From a bacterium (GTDB lineage: Bacteria; UBA8248): 64,000 nt of DNA. Where the stretch lies: the NCBI GenBank assembly GCA_963692865.2, contig OY843592.1, forward strand, positions 3,744,001-3,808,000. The letters are read 5' to 3'. Below are positions 19,400 through 29,441 of the stretch, in pieces; positions within the stretch are counted from its first letter, which is position 1; each line of letters opens with the position of its first letter. The notes under the pieces were generated by a model. It was not told the DNA's origin. It did not search any database and saw only the letters and a list, made by a program, of their open reading frames with translations. A program made the position numbers and the translations under genes.

Positions 19400-20863
19400 T
19401 CAGCCGCCAAGGCCGTACTCCTGCCAGCGCCTCGTGACGCGCTCCTTGATCTCGTCCGTCATCACGATCTCCGGCGGCCATTCGCGCTCGAAACCCTCGG
19501 ACGCCCACTTGCGGGTGCCGTCCACCCCCACCTTGCTGCCCACGTGGAGGCGCGGGGCGGCGTGTTCGAGCGCGTCCACGGGGCCGTCGACGAACACCAT
19601 GTCGCGCCTCGGGTCGATGCTGCCGAGCGCCTTCCAGGCGACCTCGCTGATGTCGTGCACGTTCACGTCCTCATCCACGATGACGATGACCTTCGCCAGC
19701 GCCATCTGCCCCATCCCCCACAGGGCGTACATCACCTTCCGCGCGTGGTAGGGATAGGACTTGCGTATCGAGACGATCACCATGTTGTGGAACACGCCCT
19801 CCGCCGGCATGTGCACGTCCACGATCTCAGGCAACTGCATCTTCATGAGCGGCAGGAAGATGCGCCCCGTCGCCCCGCCGAGCCAGTAGTCCTCCATCGG
19901 CGGGCGGCCCACGATGGTGGTGGGGTAGATGGCCTCGCGCTTCCTCGTGATGGCCGTTACGTGAAAGACGGGGTAATCGTCCGCCAGCGAATACCAGCCC
20001 GTGTGATCGCCGAAGGGTCCCTCTTCCCTCAACTCGCCGGGGTTCAGGTAGCCCTCCACCACGATGTCCGAATCGGCGGGAACCTCCACGTCCACCGTCT
20101 TGCACTTGACGAGTTCGGCGCTCTTTCGCCTCAGGAAACCCGCGAGGTTCAACTCGTCAATCGCGGGCGGGAGCGGCGCGCTCGCCGCGTAGACGTAGAC
20201 GGGGTCGCCGCCCAGGGCGATGGCCATCTCCATGCGCGCGCCCATCTTCGAGCTTTCCTGGAAGTTCTGCGCCCCGTCGTGGTGTAAGTGCATGTGCATG
20301 CCCGCTGTCTTCTCGTCGAAGAACTGCACGCGGTAGAGGCCCACGTTCCGCCTGCCCGTCCGGGGGTTTCGCGAGTAGATGTGCCCGAAGGTGATGTAGC
20401 GGCCCGCGTCCTCGGGCCAGCACTTGATGGCGGGAATCGAGAAGAGGTTCGGGTTTTCGGTCTCCACGATCTCCTGGCACGGCGCCGCGCTCACCGTCTT
20501 GGGCGAGAAGGACGCGAGCCGCGCGAGCTTGGGCAGCATCTTCACCTTCTCGATGATGCCCTCGGGCGGCTTGATCTCCAGAAGCTCCGCCACCTCGTCC
20601 GCCACCGCGTCCATGCTGTCTACCCCTAAGGCCATCTTCATGCGCAAGTCCGAGGCGTAGGCGTTGATGAGGACGGGAACGTCGTATTCATGCCCGTCCG
20701 GGGCGACCGGCTTTTCGAACAGAAGTGCTGGGCCGCCGCTCTTCACCGAGCGGTCGGCGATCTCGGTGATCTCGAGTTCGATATCGACCGGAACCCGGAC
20801 GCGGCGCAACTCGCCCGCGCGCTCCAGCGAATCGACGAATTCTTTGAGGGAGGCGTACGCCAT
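19400..20863 (-). CDS. UbiD family menaquinone biosynthesis decarboxylase (MqnL-like)
   Basis: EITEIADR, NVGLYR, EGPFGDHTGWY and GRPPMED motifs. Confidence 0.92.
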   Translation of the reverse strand: MAYASLKEFVDSLERAGELRRVRVPVDIELEITEIADRSVKSGGPALLFEKPVAPDGHEYDVPVLINAYASDLRMKMALGVDSMDAVADEVAELLEIKPPEGIIEKVKMLPKLARLASFSPKTVSAAPCQEIVETENPNLFSIPAIKCWPEDAGRYITFGHIYSRNPRTGRRNVGLYRVQFFDEKTAGMHMHLHHDGAQNFQESSKMGARMEMAIALGGDPVYVYAASAPLPPAIDELNLAGFLRRKSAELVKCKTVDVEVPADSDIVVEGYLNPGELREEGPFGDHTGWYSLADDYPVFHVTAITRKREAIYPTTIVGRPPMEDYWLGGATGRIFLPLMKMQLPEIVDVHMPAEGVFHNMVIVSIRKSYPYHARKVMYALWGMGQMALAKVIVIVDEDVNVHDISEVAWKALGSIDPRRDMVFVDGPVDALEHAAPRLHVGSKVGVDGTRKWASEGFEREWPPEIVMTDEIKERVTRRWQEYGLGG

Positions 20864-20876
20864 GTTTCCGGAAAAA

Positions 20877-21164
20877 CTACTCGATGACCTTGGGAACGCG
20901 GAAATGGCCCCTTGCGAAATCGGGCGCCATCTTCTCGATATTCTCGATGGGGGATTCGGTGACCGCATCCTCTCGGAACACGTTCACGATGTCGAGAACG
21001 TGCGAGGTGGGCGCCACTCCTTCCGTATTCACCTCGTTCAGCTTGGCGATGTGCTCGAGAATGGCGCCGAGCTGTTCGGTGAACTTCTCGACCTCATCCT
21101 CGCTGAGGTTCAGCCGCGCCAGCCTGGACACGTGGATCACGTCTTCCCGCGAAATCGACATCAC
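20877..21164 (-). CDS. gatC: Asp/Glu-tRNA amidotransferase subunit C
   Basis: ISREDVIHVSRLARL...VAPTSH...FRED...FRVPKVIE. Confidence 0.95.
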   Translation of the reverse strand: MMSISREDVIHVSRLARLNLSEDEVEKFTEQLGAILEHIAKLNEVNTEGVAPTSHVLDIVNVFREDAVTESPIENIEKMAPDFARGHFRVPKVIE

Positions 21165-21179
21165 TCCCCCTTTGCGCCC

Positions 21180-23489
21180 TTATACCGCCCGGTTCTCGCC
21201 CCCGTCAACGCCCTCATCCGCAGGCGAGAGCGGCGCGTACTTCAAAACCAGCTTCCTGGGTCCCGCCTTTTCGAACTCCACGCTCACCGTCGCCCGGTCT
21301 CCCGTTCCCTCGCGCGAGCGGACCACGCCGATCCCGAATTTCTTGTGCTTGACGCGCGCGCCGGGCGCAAAGGGGCCGAGCGCGGCGGGGGATACTATGG
21401 GCGCGCTCTCCTCTTTTCGGGAAGGAGCGGCTTTCGCTTCCGCCAGAATATCGGCGTAGCGCGAGTCGGTGGGATCACGCGGCGTTCTGAAATCGCGGGG
21501 TGCGCGCCGCCTCGTCTGCGCGTGATCGCCCACCCGCCTGATGAGTTCCGGCCCGATTCCATCCAGGAAGCGGCTCGGATGCGACGTCCAGCTTTCCTTC
21601 TTGCCATCGGGCCGCCGCTCCTTCGCCCAGGAGAGACACAAGATCTCCTTCGCCCGCGTGACGCCCACGTAGAGGAGCCTCCTCTCCTCATCCAGACCGG
21701 CCGGCTCGTCCCGCGAGCGGCTGTGCGGAATCAATCCCTCCTGCACGCCGACGACGCACACGGCGGCGAACTCCAGGCCCTTCGCCGCATGAAGCGTCAT
21801 CAGGGAGAGCGCCCCGCTCTCTTCTGACATCTCATCCGCCTCGCCCATCAAGGCCAACTCCTCCAGGAACAGGGTCTTGGCCTCATCCGATTCGGGATGC
21901 ACCCCCTCTTCCTCAAGAATCCGCTCCTCGAACGCGCGCGCGGCGGCGGCGAACTCCGCTGCGCCCTCCATCGCGCGCGCGGCGGCGCGGCGGCGCTCCT
22001 GTGAAGTGCTTCTCTGCGCAGCGCCCTCCAGCCAGGCACGGTAACCCGTCCGATCGAGCGCCTCTTCGATCAGGCGCGCGGGGCCCGTCCTTAACGAGGC
22101 GAGCGCATCGAGCGTATCCAGAAGCGCCCCGAGGCTTTGCGCGGCATTCCCCCTGATGCGGCCCTGGTCCAGAGCGGCCCGCGCACCGGCCAAAGTGACT
22201 TCCGCCGCGCCTTCGCCCGCTATCGCCTTCAGGCGCTCCGGCCCCAGCCCGCGGGGCGGGCGGTTCACGACCCGCGAGAACGCCGCGCCGTCATCCGGCC
22301 GGATGAGCACGCGCAAGTAGGCGGCCAGGTCCTGCACCTCGGCGCGGTCGAAAAACCGCTGGCCCTTCACCACCTGGTAGGGAATCCCCCGCCTTCGGGC
22401 CGCCTCCTCCAGCGGGCGCGATTGCGTGTTGATGCGGTAGAAGACGGCGGCCTCTCCCCAGGGGATATCGCCGCCCGCTCCTGATTCGATTAAGCGCTCG
22501 ATGACGCCTTCCGCCTCTTCTTCGGGGTTCGCCGCCGCCAGATAGCAGACGGCTTCCCCCGCAGGATTCCGGGTGAAAAGGCGCTTCTCGTGCCGCGCCC
22601 CGGCCCCGCCCACGATGCGCGAGGCGAGGTTCAGTATCGCGCCGCTCGATCGGTAGTTCTCCTCCAGCCGGAACACCCTGGCGCCGGGGAACCTGCGCTC
22701 GAAATCGAGGATGTTCTCCACCCGCGCGCCCCGCCAGCCGTAGATTCCCTGATCGTCGTCCCCCACGGCGAACACGCGCCCGTGAGCGCGCGACAGCAGG
22801 GCCACGAGTTCGTCCTGCGCGGGGTTGGTGTCCTGGTATTCGTCTACGAGTATTTCCTCGAAGCGCTCCTGGTATTTCTTGAGAACGTCGGGGCGCCGCC
22901 GGAACATGCTTAATGGTCGCGCCAGCAAATCATCAAAATCCACGGCCCCCGCCTCACGCATGGCGCGCTCATAGGCGGGCGTGATCTTGAGGGCGGTGGC
23001 GTCGATGCTGAAGGGGGGCGGATCGGAATCATCCGTCTCCCCGAGCGAGGTCTTGCGGCGTCCAATCTGCTCCAGAACCGCTCTGGGCGCGTAGCGCTCC
23101 TCGCTGATGTTCGCCGCCGCCAGACACCGCTTGACGAGCGCGAGGCACTCCCCGCGCGAGAAAATGGTGAAGTTTTTCGATAAACCCGCCGCTTCGGCTT
23201 CGGCCCTCAAAATCCTCGCGCACACCGCGTGAAAGGTGCCCACCCAGACGCCCTGGGCGCCCTCGCCCAGTGAGGCGAAAAGGCGCGCCCGCATCTCGCC
23301 CGCCGCCTTGTTCGTGAACGTGATGGCGAGAATCCGGTTCGGCGCGAGACCCTCGGCGAGCAGGCGCAGGACGCGGTGGACGAGCACCCGCGTCTTGCCC
23401 GAACCCGCGCCCGCCAGCACCAGGTTCGCGCCCGGCGGCGCGAGCGCCGCCTCTTTCTGCTGGGGATTCAGGTCTTTCAGATAGCCCAC
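21180..23489 (-). CDS. uvrD: UvrD/PcrA family ATP-dependent DNA helicase
   Basis: AGAGSGKT, TFTNKAA, VDEYQDTN, LEENYRS, MTLHAAKGLEF and EERRLLYVGVTRA motifs, plus a C-terminal Tudor-like domain. Confidence 0.92.
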   Translation of the reverse strand: MGYLKDLNPQQKEAALAPPGANLVLAGAGSGKTRVLVHRVLRLLAEGLAPNRILAITFTNKAAGEMRARLFASLGEGAQGVWVGTFHAVCARILRAEAEAAGLSKNFTIFSRGECLALVKRCLAAANISEERYAPRAVLEQIGRRKTSLGETDDSDPPPFSIDATALKITPAYERAMREAGAVDFDDLLARPLSMFRRRPDVLKKYQERFEEILVDEYQDTNPAQDELVALLSRAHGRVFAVGDDDQGIYGWRGARVENILDFERRFPGARVFRLEENYRSSGAILNLASRIVGGAGARHEKRLFTRNPAGEAVCYLAAANPEEEAEGVIERLIESGAGGDIPWGEAAVFYRINTQSRPLEEAARRRGIPYQVVKGQRFFDRAEVQDLAAYLRVLIRPDDGAAFSRVVNRPPRGLGPERLKAIAGEGAAEVTLAGARAALDQGRIRGNAAQSLGALLDTLDALASLRTGPARLIEEALDRTGYRAWLEGAAQRSTSQERRRAAARAMEGAAEFAAAARAFEERILEEEGVHPESDEAKTLFLEELALMGEADEMSEESGALSLMTLHAAKGLEFAAVCVVGVQEGLIPHSRSRDEPAGLDEERRLLYVGVTRAKEILCLSWAKERRPDGKKESWTSHPSRFLDGIGPELIRRVGDHAQTRRRAPRDFRTPRDPTDSRYADILAEAKAAPSRKEESAPIVSPAALGPFAPGARVKHKKFGIGVVRSREGTGDRATVSVEFEKAGPRKLVLKYAPLSPADEGVDGGENRAV

Positions 23490-23505
23490 GGGTATGTTTT
23501 TCGGA

Positions 23506-24282
23506 TCAGAACCGGCGGCGGCCCACGCTCGGCTTGGGAGCGCGGATGAGCGTTCGCCCGGGATAGACCCCCTTGGAGACGGTCGCGTTCGGCGCGACCC
23601 AGGAGCCGGGACCCAGCAAGGCGCCCGGAGAGGTCACGGCGTTGCACCCGATCTCGACGTCATCGCCGATGACGGCGCCCAGTTTCGTGAGGCCGGTGTC
23701 GATTCGTTCTCCCTCGGCCCTGAGAACAATGTTTTTCACCACACCCGTTCTTTTCTCCTCCTCGGTCCTCAGTTCGAGGTTCGCCAGCTTCGCGCCGGCG
23801 CCCAGGTTGGCGTCCGCGCCCAGAATGCTGTCCCCCACGTAGGCGAAATGCCCCGCCTGCGCGCCGTTCAAAAAGACGCTGTTCTTGACTTCCGTGGCAT
23901 GGCCCACGACGGCGCCCGGCCCGATGAGGCAGCCGCCCCGCAAATACGCGCCGTGCCTCACCTCCGCGCCCGCGCAAAGCGCCGTCGGCCCCTTGATGAC
24001 GACGCCGGGCTCCACCCGCGCGCCCGCCTCCACGAGCAGGCCGACAGAGGCGATTTTCAGGCGCTCTCCTGTTACGAGCAGCCCCTCGCTCACCACGAGG
24101 CCCTCTTCCACCCGAAGCGCTGCGGCCTCGCTCAAAGGCGCATCCGCCTCATCCACCAGTTTCTGGACGAAACCCTCCAGAAGGCCGACCGCCTCCCAGG
24201 CGTGGGCCGCACCATCGAACAAGCCGGCGTGGGGAAATTCGCCGAGCCTGCGGAAATAGGTTTCCGGCGTCGTCGCGCTCAT
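23506..24282 (-). CDS. Stand-alone left-handed beta-helix acetyltransferase (GlmU C-terminal / archaeal-type LbH)
   Basis: EVKNSVF, HFAYVGDSILG, NLGAG and KLGAVIGD hexapeptide repeats. Confidence 0.8.
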   Translation of the reverse strand: MSATTPETYFRRLGEFPHAGLFDGAAHAWEAVGLLEGFVQKLVDEADAPLSEAAALRVEEGLVVSEGLLVTGERLKIASVGLLVEAGARVEPGVVIKGPTALCAGAEVRHGAYLRGGCLIGPGAVVGHATEVKNSVFLNGAQAGHFAYVGDSILGADANLGAGAKLANLELRTEEEKRTGVVKNIVLRAEGERIDTGLTKLGAVIGDDVEIGCNAVTSPGALLGPGSWVAPNATVSKGVYPGRTLIRAPKPSVGRRRF

Positions 24283-26210
24283 TTTTTCATCTCCAGATAC
24301 CACTCGCCCAAAGGCGTGATACTTAAATTCCCTGCATCTTCGCGCGCCAGGCCGCCGCGCAACGCCTCTTTTCTGACGCCCGCTGCGCGAACGGGCGCGC
24401 CGAAGCGGGCTTGGGCGTCTGTTTCCAGAAGCGCATCAACCGCCTGGGCGTCCATCTCACGCTCGCGCAAGGCTTCGAGCAAGCAGGCCTCCGCCCGCGC
24501 GCCGGGAGCGTCATGATCCTTCATGCGGTTTAGAATCTCGCGCAGCACCTCTTCTCCCACGGCGCAGAGTTTCTGTTCCCATTCGGCGGGGCCCCTCATC
24601 ACCACGCCCGTCCTGCTCTCGGTCCCTGAGTTCCTCACATAAACCGCGCCCAGCGGCCCGCCCGCATCGTCTTCCAGGGCGAGATACATGACGCCCGCGT
24701 CGTCCTCCAAAGGCGCAAAGCGCGGGGCGGCTACGCCTGAGAAGGCGCTCCTGGCACTCTCCATGAGTTTCTTGGCAATGGCCTCCCACGCCTCCGCGCC
24801 CGGCGCGAAGCGGCTCCGCTCCACGTGGTAGGCATAATAAGACCTCTTGAACCCGCGGGGAAACGGCGCGGCGACCGCCGCATACGCATCTTCGAGGTCC
24901 GCCTCCTTCAAAAGGCTCCGCAGCGCGGCGCAGGTGTTGAGAAAACACTTCAAGCCGTCTCCCGCGGCGAGCCTGCGCCCCTCGCCCGCCGCGTTCGCGA
25001 GCAGGCCCGGCGCGATAGTGTGGCCGGACTCCTCGCCCCCCAGGGCGAAGCGGTCCCCCCATTTGCGCGCCTCGTTCAATATCCACTTGTCCCCCACCGG
25101 GGTGAAGACGACCCGAAGCCCCGCCTCGTTCAGGGCCGCCGCCGCGCCCGAATCGCTCTCTATCGTGAGGGCGGCTACGCCCCCATCGGGCAGTTCGCCC
25201 TCCTGCTTCAGGAAGCGGGCCTGCAGGACGAGCGCGTCGTCCCCGTCCAGGACGTGAAGCGCGTCTTGATGCGGATTGTAGACGAGGGCGCAGCTCCTGT
25301 CGCCGTCGGCGTCCAGGACGCATGCCGCCGCCAGACCGTCGCCTCGCTTCAGTTCTTCGCGCCGCGCGCGGCCCGCCTCAAAAAGCGCCCGCGCGCCCGC
25401 GTGGACGTCGATGAAACCGGCGTCCGCGCCCTCGACCACGCGCCTGCCTTCGAGCGCGACCACGCCGCCGTTCTCGTTCACGCGGCCATCGCCCAGGGCG
25501 TTCACCTCCTGCACGCTCAATGGGCCAAGCTCCTCCAGAACCCCCGCGGCCAGCCCGCTCCAGGCCCCCGCCGCCGGGTCCACCACGAGGCTCCACCGGG
25601 CGAGGTCCCCCTCGCGCAGCCAGCAGTTGGGAAGTTTGGTAACGTAATCCAGGTAAAAGGCGCGCGCCTCGGCGGCCGCTTCCACGCCGCGGCCGCTCTC
25701 GGGCGTCTGCGCCACCGCGCTCCACTCGCTCGCCCGGACGCGGGCGCTGAGCGCCGCGTCCTCATCCGGCAGGGGCTTCATCGAATCGGGGGCCAAAAGG
25801 ATTTTCACGCCGTTCTGATCCGCCGGGTTATGAGAGGCGGTGAGCACCACCGCGCCCGCCGCGCCCACGCCCGCCAGATAGGCGGCCGCCACAGGCGCGG
25901 GCATCACCCCGAGCGAGAGTAGGTGCGCCCCCGCGCGCAGGAGGCCGTTCACGCAAGCGGCGGTTAATTCCCCGCCCACGTCCCGGGGGTCCCAGGCAAG
26001 CACGACCGCCGCGGGGGAGATGAGCTGCTCGGAGGCTCTCTCCAGAAGCCATCTACCGGCCTCGAAGGCGTAGTGTTCGACGAACCGGGGCGTGAGGACG
26101 CCATGCTCCACGAAAGCCGCGCGCGGGTCGCGGCCCGAAGCCTGCGGGTGATCCCCATCCACCGCGAGGCCGCGAACCCCGTCCGTTCCCTGAAACTTCG
26201 CGTCCGGCAT
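24279..26210 (-). CDS. Phosphoglucosamine mutase-like alpha-D-phosphohexomutase with C-terminal extension
   Basis: GTDGVRG, TASHNP, DADGDR, TPVGDK, GGEESGH and RNSGTE motifs. Adjacent to glmS. Confidence 0.85.
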   Translation of the reverse strand: MPDAKFQGTDGVRGLAVDGDHPQASGRDPRAAFVEHGVLTPRFVEHYAFEAGRWLLERASEQLISPAAVVLAWDPRDVGGELTAACVNGLLRAGAHLLSLGVMPAPVAAAYLAGVGAAGAVVLTASHNPADQNGVKILLAPDSMKPLPDEDAALSARVRASEWSAVAQTPESGRGVEAAAEARAFYLDYVTKLPNCWLREGDLARWSLVVDPAAGAWSGLAAGVLEELGPLSVQEVNALGDGRVNENGGVVALEGRRVVEGADAGFIDVHAGARALFEAGRARREELKRGDGLAAACVLDADGDRSCALVYNPHQDALHVLDGDDALVLQARFLKQEGELPDGGVAALTIESDSGAAAALNEAGLRVVFTPVGDKWILNEARKWGDRFALGGEESGHTIAPGLLANAAGEGRRLAAGDGLKCFLNTCAALRSLLKEADLEDAYAAVAAPFPRGFKRSYYAYHVERSRFAPGAEAWEAIAKKLMESARSAFSGVAAPRFAPLEDDAGVMYLALEDDAGGPLGAVYVRNSGTESRTGVVMRGPAEWEQKLCAVGEEVLREILNRMKDHDAPGARAEACLLEALREREMDAQAVDALLETDAQARFGAPVRAAGVRKEALRGGLAREDAGNLSITPLGEWYLEMKK

Positions 26211-26227
26211 TGCGGGAGTCCGCGCCC

Positions 26228-28051
26228 TCAGGCGACGGTGACGGACTTCGCCAGCGCGCGCGGCCTGTCTACGTCGCGCTTCAAGGCCACGGCGAGGAAG
26301 TAGGCCAGCAACTGCCCGGAGACCAGATGCAGGAAGGGCGCCAGCAGGGGGGAGACCCTCGGCAGCACGATCTCCTCGCTGAACAGCCCTTCCACCACGT
26401 CGTCCCCTTCGAAGCGGTAGCCCAGGACGAAGCCGCCGCGCGCGCGAACCTCTTCCGCGCTGCTCCTGGTGAGCGCGTGGAGCTCGGCTTCTTCTGGCGT
26501 GGGCATGAGGACGATGGTGTGCATGTTCTCGTCGATGAGGGAGATGGTGCCGTGCTTGAGGAAGCCTGCGCTCATCCCCTCCGCGTGGAGGTAGGTGACT
26601 TCCTTCATCTTGAGCGCGCACTCCAGCGCGGCGGGATAATAGATGCCCCGGCCCAGGTAGAGCCAGTTCTTCATGTGCTGATGCGCCTGCGCCGCCGTGT
26701 GGAAAAAGCCCGAGCGTTCGTTGAGCGTCTCGAGCACGAGGTCGGACAAGGCGGCGACTTCTTCTCTCAGCGCCGCGACCTCCGACTCGCTCAAGCGCCC
26801 CGCGAGCAGGCCCAGCTCCATCGAGGCGAGCAGCAACACCACCGCCTGGCTCAGGGCCGTCTTGGTGCTGATGACGCACTTTTCGGGTCCCGCGCCCTGG
26901 AGGATCGGCACGTCCACCGAGCGGACGAGGGTGGAGCCCATCATGTTCACGATGCCCGCCGTCCTGGCGCCGCTTGCTTTCGCATGGCGCAGGGCGCTCA
27001 GGGTGTCGTAGGTCTCCCCCGACTGGCTGATGGCGCAAAAGCCGTCCTCGGGCCCGATTTCCGCGATGTGGGCGAACTCGTCCGTGCTGACGACGGGCAG
27101 ATATCTCCCCCCCAGGCGGCTGAAGAAATACTGCCCCATCGAAGCGATGTAATACGTCGTCCCCACGCCGCCCAGGAAGCATTGCCGCGATTCGTGGATC
27201 ATCCCGGCCAGGGCCTGGATATCCTCCAGGGGAATCTGGAGGGCGGCCTGGACGGTGGTGGGCTGATCGTAAATCTCCTTGAGCATGAAATGGGGATAGC
27301 CGCCCCGGCGCGCCTTCTCCGCGTCCCACTCGATCTCGGTGACTTCCTTGTCGACGCGCTCTCTGGTGAGCAGGCTCTTGACCGCGTGACTCTCCGGCGT
27401 GATGAGGGCGTATTCGCCGTCTTCCATGATGATCGCCCGGCGGGTGTACTCGAAGAACGCGCTGAAATCCGACCCCACGTAGTTGGCGTCGTCCCCAAGG
27501 CCGATGATGAGGGGCGATTCACGCTTCACGCAGAAAATCCGGCCCGGCGCGTCCACCGAGATGACGGCAAGCGCGAAGGTGCCCTCCAACTCGTCGATGG
27601 CCTCGACGAAACCCTCCTCCACGTCCCGGCCGTTGCGCGCGATTTTCTGCGCCACCAGATGCGCGATGACCTCGGAATCCGTCTCGGAGCGGAACGCGGC
27701 GCCGTCGCGCGCGAGCCTCTCCCTGAGTTCCTTGTAGTTCGAGATGATGCCGTTGTGGACCACGGCCAGGCGGCTCTCGTTGTCCGCGTGGGGGTGCGCG
27801 TTCGCCCGCGTCACCCCGCCGTGCGTCGCCCAGCGCGTGTGCGCGATGCCGACCAGGCCCTTCATGTCCGTGAAGCGTTCGAGAGAATTCACCGCCTCCA
27901 CGGTGCCCACGTTCTTGCGGATGTCTATCGCGCCGTTTCTCTGAACGGCCATGCCGCAGGAGTCGTACCCCCGGTATTCCAGGGCGGCGATGGAGCGCAG
28001 GAGTTTTTGCGAGACGTTCGCGCTCGCCGCCATGCCCGCGATGCCGCACAT
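26228..28051 (-). CDS. glmS: Glutamine--fructose-6-phosphate transaminase (isomerizing)
   Basis: MCGI N-terminus, LEYRGYDS, HTRWATHG, SQSGET and PRALAKSVTV motifs. Confidence 0.97.
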   Translation of the reverse strand: MCGIAGMAASANVSQKLLRSIAALEYRGYDSCGMAVQRNGAIDIRKNVGTVEAVNSLERFTDMKGLVGIAHTRWATHGGVTRANAHPHADNESRLAVVHNGIISNYKELRERLARDGAAFRSETDSEVIAHLVAQKIARNGRDVEEGFVEAIDELEGTFALAVISVDAPGRIFCVKRESPLIIGLGDDANYVGSDFSAFFEYTRRAIIMEDGEYALITPESHAVKSLLTRERVDKEVTEIEWDAEKARRGGYPHFMLKEIYDQPTTVQAALQIPLEDIQALAGMIHESRQCFLGGVGTTYYIASMGQYFFSRLGGRYLPVVSTDEFAHIAEIGPEDGFCAISQSGETYDTLSALRHAKASGARTAGIVNMMGSTLVRSVDVPILQGAGPEKCVISTKTALSQAVVLLLASMELGLLAGRLSESEVAALREEVAALSDLVLETLNERSGFFHTAAQAHQHMKNWLYLGRGIYYPAALECALKMKEVTYLHAEGMSAGFLKHGTISLIDENMHTIVLMPTPEEAELHALTRSSAEEVRARGGFVLGYRFEGDDVVEGLFSEEIVLPRVSPLLAPFLHLVSGQLLAYFLAVALKRDVDRPRALAKSVTVA

Positions 28052-28128
28052 TTTAATACGCTCTCCGTTGACGGGCGCAGTCCGAAAATTTCCGTGAAAC
28101 ACCCGAGTCCGCCACGACGCGGCTCATG

Positions 28129-29334
28129 TCAGTTCCTTCCCCTCGGATAGGTGTAATGGTGCGGGATGACTTCACCGGGCGGGACGACGGTTCCCGAGGC
28201 CAGCGTATTCGCGGCGCCTACCTTCACGCCGTCGCCCAGGAAGGAACCCACCTTGTCGAGACCCGAATCGACCTCTCCCTCCGGCATGCGCACCACGACG
28301 GGGGCCGGGTCCAGATCCTGGGTCAGCGTTATCGTCCCCGAACCCACCACGGCGTCCTCGCCGATGACGCTGTCGCCCACGAAGGAGAGTCGCCCCACGC
28401 GAACGCCGTTGAACAGGATGCAGTTCTTGAGCTCCACGCCGAAGCCGATGGTCGCGTTCGCGCCGACCGACGTATACGGGCGCACCAGAACCCCGTTTCC
28501 CAGAAACGTGTTCTCCCCGATGAAGCACGGCCCGAAGATGGAGGCGCCCGACTCGATCACCACGTTTTTCTCGATCACCACCGGCCCGCGAAACTGCACC
28601 GCGCCCCGAAGGCGCACGCTGCCGTCCACGCGGGCCTCGCTCCAGGCGTCCATGACCATGCGGTTGCCCTTGAGCAGATCCCAGGGATGCTGGGCGTCCA
28701 GCCAGGGCTCCTCCCAGATCGAGGAGCGCAGCCCCTCGCCCGCGCACAATTCGTTGAGCGCCTCGTCCATCTCGAGGCTCTCCAGCAAATCGAACAGCCG
28801 GTAGGGCATCACGAACACGCCGGCCAGCACGTAATTGCCCACCTCGCGCTCCACGGGCTTCTCCACCAGGCGCTCAATCTGCATGTCCTTGCCGAGATAG
28901 ACGGTGCCGTAGTTCTGGGCGTGGGGGGTATGGCAGATCGCCGCCACGGGCCGTTGAAACGTACCGAACGCCTGCACGACCTGGCGGTACATGTTCTCGG
29001 ACGCCAGCACGTCCGCATAGACCAGCAGGAACGACTCGTCCTCCTGAAAATGCCCTTTCGCGAGACGGACGGCCTCGCGGATTCCCGCGGGCTCGTCCTG
29101 GCGAATGTACTGAATCGTCATCCCGTAGCGCGAACCCTGCCCGAATTCGTTGACGATCCTCTCGGCGCGGTGGCCGACGACGACGACGAGGTCGCTCACG
29201 CCGGCGGCGCGTATTTTCTTGAGCGCCGAATGCAGGAGCATCTCGCCCGCCATCGGCAGCATCGCCTTGGGCCGGGTGTTCGTGAACGGATACAGACCGG
29301 CCCCGCGGCCGGCCGCCAGAATCAACGCTCTCAC
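28129..29334 (-). CDS. Archaeal-type bifunctional sugar-1-phosphate nucleotidyltransferase/acetyltransferase (GlmU-like)
   Basis: LAAGRGAGLYPFTNTRPKAM N-terminal domain plus LbH (ELKNC, LSFVGDSVIG, KVGSFLGD). Confidence 0.82.
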   Translation of the reverse strand: MRALILAAGRGAGLYPFTNTRPKAMLPMAGEMLLHSALKKIRAAGVSDLVVVVGHRAERIVNEFGQGSRYGMTIQYIRQDEPAGIREAVRLAKGHFQEDESFLLVYADVLASENMYRQVVQAFGTFQRPVAAICHTPHAQNYGTVYLGKDMQIERLVEKPVEREVGNYVLAGVFVMPYRLFDLLESLEMDEALNELCAGEGLRSSIWEEPWLDAQHPWDLLKGNRMVMDAWSEARVDGSVRLRGAVQFRGPVVIEKNVVIESGASIFGPCFIGENTFLGNGVLVRPYTSVGANATIGFGVELKNCILFNGVRVGRLSFVGDSVIGEDAVVGSGTITLTQDLDPAPVVVRMPEGEVDSGLDKVGSFLGDGVKVGAANTLASGTVVPPGEVIPHHYTYPRGRN

Positions 29335-29441
29335 GGGACGCCTTCCTGAAATTCGCTCAAAATAGCCTCGAAACGGGCGTTTTCTTTCGCTTTTTCTATC
29401 TCGCGCGGGAAATTATAGCAAATCGAGCGGCTCCATGCGCA

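Noticed and set aside
21180-23489. Gabija-like pairing of UvrD with the OLD-like ATPase
   Set aside because: The genes are 9 kb apart, and the helicase is a full housekeeping PcrA/UvrD with a Tudor tail inside a core operon.
28052-28128. glmS ribozyme
   Set aside because: The intergenic gap is only about 77 nt and lacks the conserved AGCGCC core.
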